The notes under the pieces: model-generated
What the model saw: only the letters and a program-made list of their open reading frames with translations
Databases searched by the model: none
What the model was told of the DNA's origin: nothing
In this document: positions 62,601 through 64,000 of the stretch, one piece after another
How positions within the stretch are numbered: position 1 is the first letter of the stretch
How the letters are laid out: every line of letters starts with the position of its first letter
From: Lysobacterales bacterium
Lineage (GTDB): Bacteria; Pseudomonadota; Gammaproteobacteria; Xanthomonadales; SZUA-5
Reading direction: 5' to 3'
DNA: 64,000 nucleotides
NCBI GenBank assembly: GCA_022844165.1
Contig: JALHMH010000007.1
Span: 32,001-96,000, forward strand
Translations under genes and position numbers: made by a program

Positions 62601-62864
62601 GTGGATGGTGCCGTCCTTGTCCAGTGCCTGTGCCAGTCGCTCCAGCAGCGTCTCGCGCGCAAGCGCCGGGTCGCCATGGTTCGCCTTCAGCAGGCGCTGC
62701 CAGCGCTCCTTCTGACTGTCCTGCAGCCAGCCCAGCACATCCTCGGGGTAAAGCGCGCGCTCGGTGTCGTAGTCCTGCGTGGTACCCACCAGCCAGCCCT
62801 GATCGCGCAGGCGCGCCAGCACATAGGCTTCGAAGTGCCTTTCCCGGTGATCTCGGTCATTCAT
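59614..62864 (-). pseudogene. hsdR: type I restriction endonuclease subunit R, split by a 1-bp frameshift near 62271
   Basis: N-terminal part has IDLVFFINGIPVATVELK (nuclease motif); C-terminal part has HSAGSGKT, DEAH, FTATPK, QTLSRLNR; adding one G gives continuous FKRGAVVHFAMSDSDIRMTTKL. Confidence 0.88.
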
Positions 62865-62998
62865 TGGGGTGCCTCGTTGGACCTGTCATCTGCGTGACGC
62901 GCCACAAAGAATCGCTCATACCACTCGCCAAGGCGCTTACCGGCCTGGCGGATCAATCCCGCGAGTGCGGCGTCGTCTACGGCGCAGAAGGTGTTCAC
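62861..62998 (-). CDS. 45-aa ORF (MNTFCAVDDAALAGLIRQAGKRLGEWYERFFVARHADDRSNEAPQ), possibly a gene remnant
   Basis: GTGA overlap with the upstream stop and ATGA overlap with the hsdR start; fills the gap exactly; absent from the supplied track. Confidence 0.6.
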   Translation of the reverse strand: MNTFCAVDDAALAGLIRQAGKRLGEWYERFFVARHADDRSNEAPQ

Positions 62999-63903
62999 AA
63001 TGCGTCTCCCGCTGCCTTCGCGAGTTGGTCAGCTTCCCAGTCCTTGTAGGTCTTCGGGGAATTCTTCAGTCGCCAGTCCAACGTCCCGTTGGCCGGGCGA
63101 CCCTTCACCGCTGCGGCGGCTGCGCTCGGGCTCTTGAATGCATAGTTGGTGGTGAACACGCAGTGCGTCGTTCGTGGTTCCAGAACTCCCATGCGGAGCA
63201 GTTCGGCATGCGGTTTGGCGTAAGCGTGGTCAGCAGGCCCGGTCCACGCAAGGCGCGCTTGCGAGCCGGCCTGCACGATGAACTCGCCACCCTCAAGAAT
63301 GGCCGCAGCGGCGATTCCGTACTTGCGATCGCTCAGCTCGAACTCGGGACTGCCGCTGGCCGCCGACACGTGAAGTGCTGGCGTGTTGGGTCGCTTGTTG
63401 CTGATGAAGAGATCAATCCGAAGCGCAGGAAGCACCATCAGCACGTTTTCGAGAAAGGCCTCCATGTTGGCCTGCGCAGCTTCGCTTAAGCCAGGGCGCG
63501 CAGGCGTGTTGCCGTTCTCCAGCGGCACGCGCCCCACGGCGCGCGCCTCCTCGACCAGACGTGCTTCCAGGTAGCGCACATGCGCCTTGTTGAGGACGTT
63601 CGCGGCCGAAGTGACCAGTACCGCGGCAGTCCACCAGTCCTTCTGCCCGTCGTGGTTGCGCATGCGGGCACTGATGTCCTCGGCCTCGCCGATGTAGGCG
63701 AGAGGAAGACCGTCGCGCTCACCGATCAGCAGATAGACGCCGGTGTAGCGCGCCTCCTTCCGAGCCAGCGCGTCGCTGATCTGCGTGCGCGGCACCATGA
63801 GCAGGTGACCGGTCCAATTGAAGACCTCGGCGGTCAGCATGCCATCCGGGCGACCGTCGATGAAATACAGCTCCAGCGAGCGACCTTTGGTCTGATGGCT
63901 CAT
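62995..63903 (-). CDS. GIY-YIG nuclease family protein with DUF4357 domain
   Basis: GVYLL...YIGEAE....RM..H...KDWW, L.KAH.RYLE, N.N.P; C-terminal F.V.AGS, F.SPSAAA..V.GR..NG...W. Confidence 0.88.
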   Translation of the reverse strand: MSHQTKGRSLELYFIDGRPDGMLTAEVFNWTGHLLMVPRTQISDALARKEARYTGVYLLIGERDGLPLAYIGEAEDISARMRNHDGQKDWWTAAVLVTSAANVLNKAHVRYLEARLVEEARAVGRVPLENGNTPARPGLSEAAQANMEAFLENVLMVLPALRIDLFISNKRPNTPALHVSAASGSPEFELSDRKYGIAAAAILEGGEFIVQAGSQARLAWTGPADHAYAKPHAELLRMGVLEPRTTHCVFTTNYAFKSPSAAAAAVKGRPANGTLDWRLKNSPKTYKDWEADQLAKAAGDAL

Positions 63904-64000
63904 GCGACCTCCCGCAGATCGATCTGGCCGGTGACGGCGGCGGTGATCAGGGCGGAGCGGCGTTCTGACCGCAGTATTAGGCTGCGCTCGGTGGCCGCCA
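63900..64000 (-). CDS. hsdS: type I R-M specificity subunit, 3' end only
   Basis: Translates ...ERRSALITAAVTGQIDLREVA*, a typical HsdS C-terminus; ATGA overlap with the GIY-YIG gene. Confidence 0.8.
   Translation of the reverse strand, partial: AATERSLILRSERRSALITAAVTGQIDLREVA

Noticed and set aside
62869-63489. 206-aa ORF listed on the minus strand in the track
   Set aside because: Its translation matches the plus strand from 62869, so it is an antisense shadow of the GIY-YIG gene

Overview
GC-rich bacterial chromosome segment. Gene content (tRNA-Ser/ffs, rep, gcvH, queC, zapE, rlmD, hemF, prpC, guaB/guaA, coq7, rplM-rpsI-tRNA-Gln) suggests a gammaproteobacterium, probably Xanthomonadales-like (inference). 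Most of the window is housekeeping genes plus a TetR-TolC-MFP-RND efflux operon. The notable parts are: (1) an array of structured ~161-bp repeats behind tRNA-Gln(CTG), each carrying the tRNA 3' end, its antisense copy and a T-arm split by a ~72-nt insert (RtT-like); (2) directly after it, a type I R-M operon with a frameshifted hsdR, a GIY-YIG/DUF4357 gene and an unannotated 45-aa ORF coupled at both ends; (3) a class D beta-lactamase-fold protein that has lost its SxxK and KTG catalytic motifs; (4) a ~10-kb signalling cassette separating guaB from guaA; (5) a 126-bp MITE-like element with CTAA flanking duplications. All calls come from reading motifs by eye. No database searches were run.
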